From the NCBI GenBank assembly GCA_002269645.1, contig NIVC01002729.1, positions 1 through 64,000 of the forward strand: a DNA stretch of 64,000 bases. The letters are read 5' to 3'. Numbering within the stretch: position 1 is the stretch's first letter; the number at the start of each line of letters is the position of its first letter. The position numbers and the translations under genes are program-made. The notes under the pieces are model-generated. The model made no database searches, was not told the DNA's origin, and saw only the letters and a program-made list of their open reading frames with translations. This DNA comes from Macrostomum lignano. Lineage: Eukaryota. Shown in pieces: positions 24,801-37,492 of the stretch.

Positions 24801-27800
24801 TCTGCAGGCACAATCTCGACACAGCCACAGACACAAGCTTAGCACAAGCCACAGGCACAAGCTTAGCACAAGCCACAGACACAAGCTTAGCACAAGCCAC
24901 AGACACAAGCTCAGGGGGTCTTTCTCGAAAGCAACTTACGATCGACCATAGACGTAAGTTGGGTAAGCTACACTTACGGGTTGCTCGAAGGGCTCGCAAG
25001 TTAGCTATGCGTAAGATTGATCGCAACTTTACGAGTTCGTAACTTTGCGCAAAAGACTGTTTCTCGAAACTTTCGTATGTCTATGGTCTTTCGTAAGGTT
25101 GATCTTAACCCTACGACTGCTCGGTATCAGTCGTAAGACGCACTTAAGCACTACACCTTTTCACGTTCAATTTTGAACAAAGTCCAGTTCTAAAAAAACT
25201 AGCGGAAATTCAATTCAGACAATTCCGACTGGGGACAATTTTGTCTATGGCTAAACCTCGCTTCCGTAGCAGAATGTTTTGAACTGGGGTTTGTTGCCCC
25301 AGTCTGAATTGTCTGAATTGAATTTCCGCTAGTTTTTTTAGAACTGGACTTTGTTCAAAATTGAACGTGAAAAGGTGTAATCGCATAGTACGTGAAGCTT
25401 TAGTCAAGCCAAGTCAAGTTAAACTTTATCGAATGTGGGTCTTTCTCGAAAGCAACGATAGACTAAGTAAAGATATTTGCAGATTTATGACCATAGACAT
25501 GCAACTTTTCGTTTCAGATACGACTTACGAACAGCGTAAGCCACGCAAAGTCTAAGTGAGTTTTGAGAAAGCGTCTTACGAGCAAACTTACGCTACACGT
25601 AAATTTCTTTCTTACGATCTAACTTACCATAGAACTTACGTGAGTTTCGAGAAACACCCCCCAGAAGTCTCAATGCACCCCATATGCCAATATTCCATGA
25701 TTGAGACCATCGAGCTTTTGCAGTCAAATTGAAATAGGAATCCTAGCGCCGACTATTCGCTATCGCAATCCTGTTTGAACTGCAAAAGCCAGCGCTGAAT
25801 CTCAGTCCAGACCTTCTCAGGATCGTGACTAAACCGCTATTTCAAAGTGACGGCCATGCTCTAGCCGAAAATGAAATTGGAAAGTTTTATAAAGTCAAAT
25901 TGGGGATATAAAATATTGGGATTTAGATTGGCGTGGTGGGGGGATAATCTCGACGCGAGTGGCTCTCGGCAGATCCCAGATATAAACCCGGGACTTCACA
26001 AATTATCTGCCCATAAGAGGCTCTTCATGCAGATGCAATTCTCAAACACTTCTCTTATCAAATTGATGGGAAGCGATGAGAACCTTCTGTTTTGGCAGTT
26101 TCCCCTCAAATTGCATCTGAAGGGCCTACTTGATGTTTTCTGACAGTTTCAGGTCAATAAAATTCAATTTTCACCCACCATTGATAGATGAAGCTGTCAA
26201 ATTAAAACCACCATCATGTTGTCAATCTGCTGTCTGCTATCAACCTGAAGCTATCAACCTGAAGCTATCAACCTGAAGCTATCAACCTGAAGCTATCAAC
26301 CTGAAGCTATCAGCCTGAAGCTATCAGCCTGAAGCTATCAACCTGAAGCTATCAACCTGAAGCTATCAACCTGAAGCCCAGCGGAGCCCATTGCTCACAC
26401 TCCATATCCGGGTGCAGCTGGTTCACCCCGCTGCTGCCAATGCTGTCGCCCGGGCTGCCAACGCCGACAATGTGCGACGTCGGCTGCTGTTGCGGCGACC
26501 TCTGCGTTGTCGACGACGCGTCGACGAAATCTCCAGTGAGCAGCGCGTCAAAGTCGGCCCGACAGTAGATGCCGCCGTCGTCGCGTCTAACGCCGAATTC
26601 TTCGCCTGGAACCAGCTGTCTGGCGCAGGCCTGGCAGCGGAAGCAGGTCACGTGATAGAGGCGGGACTGGGCGCGCATCACCGGCTCGGACTTGACCAGG
26701 GCGACGCTGCACTTGGCGCACCGGCTGCCGAACAGCCTGGAGAGGTGAAAGCGAGGCGAGCGGTTTGAGTGAGGGGGAGAGGGTAGGCAAAGGGAATGGA
26801 GATGATGCATGTAGAGGGTGTAGAGGAGAGGACGGAGATGATGCAGAGGAGAGGGCGGAGATGATGCAGAGGAGAGGGCGGAGAGGGTGTAGAGGAGAGG
26901 ACGGAGATGATGCAGAGGAGAGGGCGGAGAGGGTGTAGAGGAGAAGGCGGAGATGATGCAGAGGAGAGGGCGGAGATGATGCAGAGGAGAGGGCGGAGAT
27001 GATGCAGAGGAGAGGGCGGAGATGATGCAGAGGAGAGGGCGGAGATGATGCGGAGGAAAGACGATCAAAAAATCGTCTCTAAATTTTTCCCAATTAGCTC
27101 GTATTGAGAGAATTTTTAGTGAGCCAGCAGGGAGACGGTGAAGGAAGGGATAAAAGTAAACGGACATTCGATAGGGTATTTATCGTTCTGCGTTGTGAGA
27201 TACGCGTTCATTTGAATAGAGATATCCACAATCTACATGGACTTGGTGGTCCATGACTGGCGAGTCCAGGTCTACGTAGCAGAGGGCAGAGGCCCTTATC
27301 CACTTAAGACTTCCCCCTTCCCTATAGGAGTTTGGCGCAGCGCATGAGGTAAGGGAGGCAGGCAGATGAGCCGGTCTGTAAGCTCGTGCATGTTCTCTCG
27401 TTTGTATGCCGCATGCCCCCCAGGAAGCCGGAAGCGTTTTTCAATGGCCCAGAATGTGTAGGGTCACCTCCGGTATTTCTGAGTACAGTTGCATGCTGCA
27501 GCTGGGTCTCCAAGATGTTTTCGCTCCATCGCTTGGCAATTTTAGAGGAGAAAGCGAGTGTCCATTTTGTTTGCCTCACGGCATCGGGGCCTGGGGGATG
27601 CGTGGGCTGAAGGCGTGAAAAGTTTCTAAACTATAAGATGGCTAAGCTCAGACTATATGCTCATGCTAATACCCGATGACTACTTATTGATCATGCTCAT
27701 AATACCACATGAGTATTAATTGATCATGCTCATAATACCATATGACTATTCAATGATCATGCTCATAATACCATATGACTATTCAATGATCATGCTCGTA

Positions 27801-28496
27801 ATACCATATGACTATTCAATGATCATGCTCATAATACCAGATGACTATTCAATGATCATGCTCATAATACCATGACTATTCAATGATCATGCTCATAATA
27901 CCAGATGACTATTCAATGATCATGCTCATAATACCATGACTATTCAATGATCATGCTCATAATACCATGACTATTCAATGATCATGCTCATAATACCATA
28001 TGACTATTCAATGATCATTCTCATAATACCATGACTATTCAATGATCATGCTCATAATACCATGACTATTCAATGATCATGCTCATAATACCATGACTAT
28101 TCAATGATCATGCTCATAATACCATGACTATTCAATGATCATGCTCATAATACCATGACTATTCAATGATCATGCTCATAATACCATGACTATTCAATGA
28201 TCATACCCATATTACCTGGCATAGTCATCTCTGCAATAGGGTTTGCCATCGCGCACAAAGCAGGTCCTGAACTGGTTCAGCTCAGTCGAGCACTCGGTGC
28301 ATTTCAAACAGCCGATGTGCCACTCCAGATCCGGCTGCACCCGAAGGATGTACGGGTCCGTGATGTCGCTGCCGCAGCCAGTGCAAACTGGCGGTCTCTG
28401 CTGCTGCTGATGCTGCTGCTGCATCCACCAGTGGCAACTGGAATTATTGTCATAGTCTCTATTGTCCTCAGATAAGTCCATTGTTCCCATAGTCAT
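18837..28496 (-). CDS. isl1: LIM-homeodomain transcription factor Islet; exons 28496-28216, 26736-26399, 23659-23280, 19361-18837; ~507 aa
   Basis: LIM1 [29 protein letters not shown]; LIM2 [15 protein letters not shown]; homeodomain [57 protein letters not shown]; Lhx3-binding region [20 protein letters not shown]. All junctions GT-AG and phase-compatible (2,1,0). Confidence 0.95.
19450..20425. repeat. 30-bp minisatellite family X, array 3 (about 32 copies) in islet intron 3
   Basis: Same unit as 16578; variant units recur in a higher-order pattern (CAG-GTG, CAT-GTG, CGG-GTG, CAG-ATG). Confidence 0.95.
20452..20704. mobile_element. 253-bp non-autonomous DNA transposon, CMC/Chapaev-like
   Basis: Termini CACTAGCC...GGCTAGTG, shared subterminal GGTCGC(T/A)GC, 4-bp direct repeat GGTG on both sides (20448-20451, 20705-20708). 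Confidence 0.6.
21028..23228. repeat. 42-bp minisatellite (about 52 copies) in islet intron 3
   Basis: Unit AATAGAATGGATTGCTAATCTAGCCAACATCACGGATGCAGG, very homogeneous. Confidence 0.97.
24510..24910. repeat. 23-24 bp minisatellite in islet intron 2
   Basis: Units CAGACACAATCTCGGCAAATCTG and a variant block CACAAGCCACAGACACAAGCTTAG. Confidence 0.9.
24914..25661. mobile_element. Non-autonomous DNA element, PIF/Harbinger-like termini
   Basis: GGGGTCTTTCTCGAAA ... TTTCGAGAAACACCCC TIR pair, possible CAG TSD, internal CTTACG/CGTAAG motifs and a second left-end copy at ~25436. Confidence 0.5.
25154..25377. mobile_element. 224-bp MITE with TA TSD (Tc1/mariner-type), nested in the previous element
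   Basis: 81-bp TIRs (25154-25234 and 25297-25377) with one mismatch, flanked by TA on both sides. Confidence 0.85.
26240..26377. repeat. 14-bp minisatellite (about 10 copies) near the islet intron 2 donor
   Basis: Unit ATCAACCTGAAGCT. Confidence 0.95.
26770..27060. repeat. 23-bp purine-rich minisatellite just upstream of the islet exon 2 acceptor
   Basis: Unit GAGATGATGCAGAGGAGAGGGCG. Confidence 0.9.
27700..28215. repeat. 31-33 bp minisatellite (about 16 copies) at the start of islet intron 1
   Basis: Minus-strand unit GTATTATGAGCATGATCATTGAATAGTCATG. Confidence 0.95.
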
Positions 28497-28569
28497 GACT
28501 GCAGCAAGTCTGGCTACAATACGAATGCGACCATTTATGCAGAAGATTAACCCCCGCCGCACACAAGCT

Positions 28570-28650
28570 GGCTAGTTATAAACGGGCTGATGCTCCAGCT
28601 CGTTTCTGATTGGCTGCTAAGGCCCGCCAGTGCTCCACCAATGGAAGGGC
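28570..28650 (-). promoter_or_regulatory. Probable islet core promoter
   Basis: TATA-like TTTATAA about 80 nt upstream of the ATG; CCAAT box CAGCCAATCAG (minus, ~28606-28616) and a second CCAAT on the plus strand (~28638). Confidence 0.5.
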
Positions 28651-29614
28651 CTAAGGAGAAGGCCTCTGCGAACTATAAGTCGCTTGCCTCTTAAACACTT
28701 GAACTGCTGCAATAGCTTGATTTTAATCAGGTTAGATGCATGAATAATATACTCAATGTGGCAGTGTTACACTGCAACATAAGTCTTCAAGCTTGCTTCT
28801 CCCACTAAGGATTAAAATGGTATGATCCCAGGCTCAGTTGGCTCAATTTTTTAAGAAGTCAAGCATTCAATTAAAGACAGATTCAGCCCACTTTTTAGAC
28901 GATTGTCTGTGACCAAAGCCGTGCTTGTATTTTTTGTTCTTTCATCAGAGTGACTTTGTCCGAATTTAACTGCTCTGTCTGTGTCTTAACTTCAATGCCT
29001 TCAATAACTTCAATGCTATGGTGTTTTGACCATAGACGAAAGTAGCTCGTAGAAACATTGGTTGAATATGATTGGCAGTGTCTTGAAATGAATGAAAGCC
29101 ACAACTGGACTGACTGGTGTCCAGTTTAAAGTAAAACCTGTGGGAGTTACTTCCTCAATTAAACTCTGCTCTGCGGGTGGTCTTTCCTCTCTTTTTTATG
29201 CCATTTCTTTTCTTTTCTTTTCTTTTCTTTACATTTCTTTTCCAGAGCTATTTTCTCCCAATCTTGACCTACACTGTTTTAATCCCAAATCCTAAGTGGC
29301 CCGCACTTGATCCAGGTTCTGTATTAGTTATCTAAGTAAGCCGCAGTTTTGCTGTAGTGCAGAAGACAACTTCATGCTGACGGTAGACACATAAAAATGA
29401 GCGATAGACAGACTGAGAGTGAAAGAAAGAGAGGAGAGGTCATGAGATAAGATGTATAAAATCGAAGCGCCCACCAAAAATGATGTTGAGTCGATTGGAC
29501 TTAAAAGTTAAGCGTTCATGCAGATTGATCAATATTAGCATGGAAGTGAAACTTGATACGAGCGTATAACAAGGAACATGCAGAATTTTCGGCGTTGTGA
29601 AATTTCGGTCTAAT

Positions 29615-30285
29615 TAAATAGAGAAATAGAGAAATAGAGAGAGAAAGAGATGGAGAGGGAGATGGAAAGGGGGATTGAATGAAAGAGAGATATAGAGAAT
29701 AGAGATATAGAGAGATATAGTGAAGGAAGGGAGATAGAGAGAGGGAGATAGAGAGGGGGAGATAGAGAGGGGGAGATAGAGGATGAGGGAGATGAGAGAG
29801 GGAGTAGAGAGAGGGAGATAGAGAGGGGGAGATAGAGAGAGGGAGATAGAGAGAGGGAGAAAGAGGATGAGGGAGATAGAGGATGAAGGAGATTGAAAGA
29901 GGGAGATAGAGGATGAGGGAGATAGAGGATGAAGGAGATTGAAAAAGGGGGATAGAGGATAAGGAAGATAGAGAGAGGGAGGGAGATAAAGAGAGAGAGG
30001 AGATAGAGAGAGGGAGATAGAGGATGAGGGAGATTGAGAGAGGGAGAGAGGATGAGGGAGATAGAGAGAGGGAGGGAGATAGAGAGAGGGAGGGAGATAG
30101 AGAGGGGTAGATAGAGGATGAGGGAGATAGAGAGGGGTAGATAGAGGATGAGGGAGATAGAGAGGGGTAGATAGAGGGTGAGGGAGATAGAGAAGGGTAG
30201 ATAGAGGATGAGGGAGATAGAGAGAGAGAGAGGGAGATGGAGAGAGAGGGGGAAAGAGGGGGGAGATAGAGAGGCTGGCGGAGGA
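29615..30285. repeat. GA-rich low-complexity tract
   Basis: GAGGGAGATAGAGAGG-type degenerate units. Confidence 0.9.
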
Positions 30286-33211
30286 AGCGGTGCTATCACA
30301 TAGCAGACCACATAAAGGTTAAAAACGCATCGGCATCAACCGTGCGATGAACTGACTGCAGACCCGCTAGCTCTGTGCACACACAGCTATGAATCGTAAA
30401 GTTCGAGTTAGGCATTTCAAGGAAAATTATGGAGTCAGTTATAAGGCTCTATAGCTGTCCCCGGTGCAAGCCGGAGTCCTGATATCTGATGATACCTGGA
30501 GTTTCGGATCAGGAGGGGGTATAGGGGGGGGGGGGAGAGGTTGCCGATGAAACTGCTCCCGAACCCCTCCCCCCGCTGCTCCTGCTTGCTTTGAGCTCAG
30601 AGTCTGCAACCGGAAGGGAAGCGGGTGACAGATCTTCTGGTTTGATCGCGCTGGGGGCAGGGTTGGGGATCGAATGATGGGGGTTAGCTCTATGGTGTGT
30701 CTACAGACCATCTGCAGGATAAGCCTGCATGGGTGCAGTAGGGGTGGGGCAAAACCCCCCTCTGACTCGGGAGTCGAAAAACTGAGGAAGTTTAAAATTC
30801 AATCTTCACAGCATATCTATAGGCATATATTACGTTGATTCGCGAAATTTAGTATAATCTTTTGTGCCATTGTAAGAGCGTAAACAGTTAATAAAACTGT
30901 AATTCTACTGTAGAATAATGTCTGAAAATTCACTAGTAAATTGACATCCATAGAAAATTGACAGTCTTAATAATACGCATAATCATCACAGGAGGGTTGC
31001 GCAACGCTTTCGGGGACATGGTCCCACAGCCAGTGCTGACGGCAATGCTGACTTCTGAGCACAGTCAAGCTACTCTGCCCCCTGACACATGCCAATCCAT
31101 CGAAATTGTCCATCATTGAAGAAAGTTGATTCAGAATAAAATACATGTAGGCTCCAAAACTTCGTGTTTCCAGGGAATCCTGTGAAATAAATCCGGCACT
31201 CCAGCAAGGTAAGAGACTCAGACTGGAGCTTTTCCAACGACCCCAGGAGTTGACAAACTCTCCAGTCTGTTTGACTTTTTCTTCCTTTGCTTTCCCCTGT
31301 CTCTCCTCTCCCCTCCTCTCTTGTTTTCTGTTCGATTCGTTCGGTGCGATGGCAGGCCGTCGGCCCATGCAGCAGCTCAAGAGGAGCTCCAGGAGCTGTC
31401 CTGCCGCGCGTGTCCGGTCCGCGTCTACTCAGCTGGCCCGCCCTCGCCAGCTCAAACAAAACAAGGCCGTCGGGCCCTTCTAAAATAATAAGACTATACA
31501 GCCGCATCTATAAACATGAAGTGCGCAAGCCGAAACGAGAAGGGAACCCGCGCTTCTTCCGGCTTGCGCTTCGAGCCCCCCCCCCCCCCAACCCTTCTGT
31601 CTCTACTCCGACAGGAAGTTTGATTGTTGACCGAAGGATGCTGCGACACGACATCCAACGAAGTTTTCCTGGCTTGAATATTCGAGTAGTATAGAGAAGT
31701 TTTAAGACTGATTTTTTGAAGGGCCCAGCAGCGCAAGTTGGGGAGATTTGTCTTAGGCAAACAGAGCAGCAGAAGGCTAGGGAGGCCCGTGGATGAGTTC
31801 AACTTCAATATACTGATTTAAAGTTATTCTGTCGAATTTCCAGAACAGTCTGCTTTGGTTGCCAAGCCGGTCTCCAGCAGAGTCGGGCCTGTCGTCAGGA
31901 AGTCTTCATTGTTTACTGTTGTTGCGGGTTACGCAAACGCAATCGAAAGCGCAGCGAGTTTGGCCGGCAGCAATTAATGATAATTGCCCAGATGGAGGGA
32001 GATCTCGTCAGGAGGGGAAATGCGAGGGGAATATAAAACGCTGGCCATGCACCGGGTGTGGCCGGTTCACCTGGACTAAATAGCTGCTTTTGCAGTCTGC
32101 GTCTGTCTGTTTCCTGCTCAGGAAGGCGGGCAGATGGAGCCGGCCTCGGATGGGTCAGCTCAGCAAAGGCGAGCTCCGAGGAACAAGACTCCATATTGAT
32201 GAAGCTGCCATAACTCCCTATCCGCCAGCATTGCGGATGCTGGGGGGGGGGGTGGCTCTCTATCAACTGTCCAGGAAATGCTTGTCCGCCATTAAAGATG
32301 GCCGCTGCCGTCCCATCCATGCACAGCGGCGAGCAGTATTGAGGAAACCTCAATGTTCAGGCATAGATGGCTGTGGATTTGGGCCGGACGTTCAGGATGC
32401 TGGGAGCCTCATCGGGTGCGGTGCAAGGTTTGGTTATCGCGGTTACAGCCTCCTCACAACCCCCTCCCCATTCGGGATGACAAAGATGACGCTTCGCGCC
32501 TTGAAAGGTGAAAGCTCTCTCTGTGTGGGAGGCTCTGACGAGCGTGTCAGTGGAGAAAACAGTCGTCAGTCCCTCGCGCAGTCCACGGTAGGAATTCCCC
32601 AGTTCTCCCATTATGTAATTTTAGCCTCAAGAAGCCTCACTAGCAGCGGCTGATGACACGCCCTGTCAAGCAGATTTAGAAACTTTCGAAGCCGGAATTT
32701 TTTTGTTTAACTGAACTGTTTAATGACGCTATTGTGAATCATTTTTGCTGCTCCGACCATGTGAAACTCGCAAAAAGAGAAAAAGAGAAAACAACGCACA
32801 ATAATTTAAAGCCAAAAAAAACTTTTGTCTAATTGAATTTAGCTAATGGACTCCGCTTGGGCTGTGGGATATCCGTAGAAAAATACCTGCAAAAAAGGAA
32901 AAAAGGAGAAAAGGTGTCCGCTAGAAGGTGAGACAGAGAGCCAATCCTCATATCTTACTTTACTCTCCATGTCAGTGTCAAAATTATTTGAGCTGAGTGC
33001 TTCCTGGCCTTTGAGTTGGCAATCGGTGACCGAAAGACTAAAGAGCTTTCTTTTAAGCCAGCTTTGTGCAGGAATTAGGCGAATTAGTTTCGATTGGGAG
33101 ATGCTTTGAGGCATAAAAAATTGCTGGGCAAATGAGATGTGCGACCGTGTCGGGCAGACTCAAAGTTGGACGAGTGCTTTGTTTACAACAGCTCAGTGAG
33201 AGTCTAAATAC

Positions 33212-34092
33212 ACTGATATCTGAGTTTGGCGCCTAATTAATGAACATCGAGGGCGCTGATATCTGAGTTTGGCGCCAAATTAATGAGCATCGAGGGCGCT
33301 GATATCTGAGTTTGGCGCCTAATTAATGAGCATCGAGGGCGCTGATATCTGAGTTTGGTGCCTAATTAATGAGCATCGAGGGCGCTGATATCTGAGTTTG
33401 GCGCCTAATTAATAAGCATCGAGGGCGCTGATATCTGAGTTTGGCGCCGAATTATTGAGCATCGAGGGCGCTGATATCTGAGTTTGGCGCCTAATTAATG
33501 AGCATCGAGGGCGCTGATATTTGAGCTTTGGCGCCTAATTAATGAGCATCGAGGGCGCTGATATTTGAGCTTTGGCGCCTAATTAACGAGCATCGAGGGC
33601 GCTGATATTTGAGCTTTGGCGCCTAATTAACGAGCATCGAGGGCGCTGATATTTGAGCTTTTGCGCCGAATTAATGAGCATCGAGGGCGCTGATATTTGA
33701 GCTTTTGCGCCGAATTATTGAGCATCGAGGGCGCTGATATCTGAGTTTTGGCGCCTAATTAATGAGCATCGAGGGCGCTGATATCTGAGTTTGGCGCCGA
33801 ATTAATGAGCATAGAGGGCGCTGATATTTGAGCTTTGGCGCCGAATTATTGAGCATCGAGGGCGCTGATATTTGAGCTTTGGCGCATAATTAACGAGCAT
33901 CGAGGGCGCTGATATTTGAGCTTTTGCGCCGAATTAATGAGCATCGAGGGCGCTGATATTTGAGCTTTTGCGCCGAATTAATGAGCATCGAGGGCGCTGA
34001 TATTTGAGCTTTTGCGCCGAATTAATGAGCATCGAGGGCGCTGATATTTGAGCTTTGGCGCCGAATTAATGAGCATCGAGGGCGCTGATATC
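33212..34092. repeat. 43-44 bp minisatellite (about 20 copies)
   Basis: Unit GATATCTGAGTTTGGCGCCTAATTAATGAGCATCGAGGGCGCT. Confidence 0.95.
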
Positions 34093-34181
34093 ACTGCACT
34101 TCGCAGTCCATATTCTCCGTTTCAATCCCAGCGTGCTGTCCTTGTATTGAATAAGGTCAAAGCTCCTTCGATCACGCTACA

Positions 34182-34204
34182 TGACGTCACTTTTGTCACG
34201 TGAG
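34182..34204. promoter_or_regulatory. Adjacent CRE and USF/CLEAR-type E-box
   Basis: TGACGTCA (34182-34189) and GTCACGTGAG (34195-34204). Confidence 0.4.
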
Positions 34205-34944
34205 ACCTGCCTCCCTCGTTTTTCGCTGCGTGATTGAATTGATTGAATTGTTCCTAGTAGCACCAGAAATGAGACGACGCGCCTGCGTATCTCAATTGGA
34301 TCTCAACCTGACTGAACTTAACTGCACAGAACAAAGCGCACAGAACCACAGACTGAGTTGTTCGAGAAAATGAATTAATTTTATTAAACTAATTACAATT
34401 TCAATTCAATTAAACCAATCAGCTTAAAGCATTTTAAATGAAATTGAACACGAGTCTGTAAGCAACGAAGTGTTTCGCGCCCTGCTTGAAATTCCTTAGT
34501 TGCAGTGAGGAGTTTGCTTTTTCTATTTGCTAAATAAAGTCTAACCCAGTGAAATAAAACTTCCTGAAATTTTCTTTGTCGACAAAGAAATCGCCTGATG
34601 ATTTGTTTTTCTACCGGGGACAGATCTCTACAAGGAATTGTGGCAACGTCTTGGTCACGCACTCTCCGGGTCTTCTACCTGAGGCTCGGCAGCTGCTGCA
34701 GAACTTCATTTAGTCTGTCCCCATGGCGCCCAGACTGGTGCAGGACCGGAGCAGCTGGTGCCACCGCGAACAAAAGCCGCCTGGAAGTTGTTTTTGCCAC
34801 AGACTTTAGTGCTTGCTTATAGCCGGATAAAAAAATTATCCCTCAAATACACAGTTAGAATCATTTCGCTCTCAACTAAGCCTCGTTCAGTTCAATCATT
34901 TAATTGAAGTGGAAGATAAACTTATGATCAAATTGTACTGCGTC

Positions 34945-36010
34945 CCACCAAAGGACCAAGATTAAAGGGTCCATTTCCCATTTCCTTTGGCTTCCCACCA
35001 AAGGACCAAGATTAAAGGGTCCATTTCCCATTTCCTTTGGCTTCCCACCAAAGGACCAAGATTAATGGAAATGGCGTCCCACTAAAGGACCAAGATTAAT
35101 AGAAATGGCGTCCCACTAAAGGACCAAGATTAAGGGAAATGGCGTCCCACCCACTAAAGGACCAAGATTAAGGGAAATGGCGTCCCACCCACTAAAGGAC
35201 CAAGATTAAGGGAAATGGCGTCCCATCCACTAAAGGACCAAGATTAAGGGAAATGGCGTTTCAACTACTAAAGGACCAAGATTAAGGAAAATGGCGTTCC
35301 AACCACTAAAGGACCAAGATTAAGGGAAATGGCGTCCCACCCACTAAAGGACCAAGATTAAAGGAAAATGGCGTCCCACCAAAGGAACAAAATTAAAGGG
35401 TCCATTTCCCTTTTTTGGCTTCCCACCAAAGGACCAAGATTAATAGAAATGGCGTCCCACTAAAGGACCAAGATTAAGGGAAATGGCGTCCCACCCACTA
35501 AAGGACCAAGATTAAAGGAAAATGGCGTCCCACCAAAGGAACAAAATTAAAGGGTCCATTTCCCTTTTTTGGCTTCCCACCAAAGGACCAAGATTAATAG
35601 AAATGGCGTCCCACTAAAGGACCAAGATTAAGGGAAATGGCGTCCCACCCACTAAAGGACCAAGATTAAGGGAAATGGCGTCCCACCCACTAAAGGACCA
35701 AGATTAAAGGAAAATGGCGTCCCACCAAAGGACCAAGATTAATAGAAATGGCGTCCCACTAAAGGACCAAGATTAAGGGAAATGGCGTCCCACCCACTAA
35801 AGGACCAAGATTAAGGGAAATGGCGTCCCACCCACTAAAGGACCAAGATTAATGGAAATGGCGTTCCAACCACTAAAGGACCAAGATTAATGGAAATGGC
35901 GTCCCACCAAAGGACCAAGATTAAAGGAAAATGGCGTCCCACCAAAGGACCAAAATTAAGGGAAATGGCGTCCCACCAAAGGACCAAGATTAGGGAAATG
36001 GCATTCCACC
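34945..36010. repeat. 34-38 bp minisatellite with higher-order duplication
   Basis: Unit CCACTAAAGGACCAAGATTAAGGGAAATGGCGTC; a ~180-bp block including the variant GGGTCCATTTCCC recurs. Confidence 0.9.
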
Positions 36011-36649
36011 CAATGAAATAGTTGCCCGCAGCCGAATTTCATAGATAACAATGCAACAAACGCGCTAATATTTGGTAGCTAAGCGAAACACCGATGCAAC
36101 AAAAACCAGAAATAATAAGCAACTAATTGCGAATGATTGCAAAATTTAATGATCACTTTTTGTTGGCAGCTCCAAACAGGGGGTTGCAATGATTGAACAA
36201 TAGAAAAAATTACCTTGGCTTACAATCTGTTAGACCTGTGAATGCCAACCGAAATAACCCAGAGAATTTGTGACGGTAAGCGGGTGCCATCAGCTGATTC
36301 TCCCTTTCTCCTCTCTCTCTCTCTCGCTGCTCTATTTTTTTTACTAATCACTTTAAGCTAGCGGGGTCTCAAGTGGTTTTGTTTAATCCACTTAAAAAAG
36401 CAACGCCGGCACGACAGCAGCTGAGAGCAAAAAATGAACCAAATTAAAATTTTCTGACTTTTTCAGTTTAAATTTTAATATGCCTGGGCTGGTCTAAACA
36501 TCGCTTTTTAGAATCATTTTTAAAAAGAAACGAGTCGCAAATACACTTCTAAATATACTACTAGTGAGTAGTGAATGATGTAGCGCATCGCTTATAAATG
36601 CAAGTAGGTTTAGGAGCAGAGAAGTCTCAGGCAAAGGAGGTGGCGGATG

Positions 36650-37492
36650 TCAGATGAGACAGTCAAGTGTCAGACATAAGAGAGACAAGTGTCAGAAATA
36701 AGAGAGAGAGTCAAATGTCAGACAAAAGAGAGACAGTCAAGTGTCAGACTTTAGACAGTCAAGTGTCAGACTAAAGAGAGACAGTCAAGTGTCAGACAAA
36801 AGAGAGACAGTCAAGTGTCAGACAAAAGAGAGACAGTCAAGTGTCAGACATAAGAGAGATAGTCAAGTGTCAGACAAAAGAGAGACAGTCAATTGTCAGA
36901 CAAAAGAGCGACAGTCAAGTGTCAGACATAAGAGAGACAGTCAAGTGTCAGACTAAAGAGAGACAGTCAAGTGTCAGACATAAGAGAGACAGTCAAGTGT
37001 CAGACTAAAGAGAGACAGTCAAGTGTCAGACTAAAGAGAGACAGTCAAGTGTCAGACATAAGAGAGACAGTCAAGTGTCAGACATAAGAGAGAGAGTCAA
37101 GTGTCAGACATAAGAGAGACAGTCAAGTGTCAGACAAAAGAGAGACAGTCAAGTGTCAGACATAAGAGAGACAGTCAAGAAGTGTCAGACATAAGAGAGA
37201 CAGTCAAGTGTCAGACATAAGAGAGACAGTCAAGTGTCAGACATAAGAGAGACAGTCAAGTGTCAGACAAAAGAGAGACAGTCAAGTGTCAGACATAAGA
37301 GAGACAGTCAAGTGTCAGACTAAAGAGAGACAGTCAAGTGTCAGACTAAAGAGAGACAGTCAAGTGTCAGACATAAGAGAGACAGTCAAGTGTCAGACAT
37401 AAGAGAGACAGTCAAGTGTCAGACATAAGAGAGAGAGTCAAGTGTCAGACATAAGAGAGACAGTCAAGTGTCAGACTAAAGAGAGACAGTCT
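36650..37492. repeat. 26-bp minisatellite (about 32 copies)
   Basis: Unit AGTCAAGTGTCAGACATAAGAGAGAC. Confidence 0.95.

Noticed and set aside
28205-28222. U1 snRNA-like ATTACCTGGC (also ACTTACCTG at ~52562)
   Set aside because: Simply the reverse complement of a 5' splice site; no snRNA body follows.
29610-30311. Leu/Ser/Pro-rich ORFs (also 53974-54504 and 63004-63976)
   Set aside because: Translations of GA/CT low-complexity tracts.
30967-32653. Overlapping ORFs upstream of islet
   Set aside because: No domain resemblance, no consistent splice model or codon bias; more likely regulatory or unique non-coding DNA.
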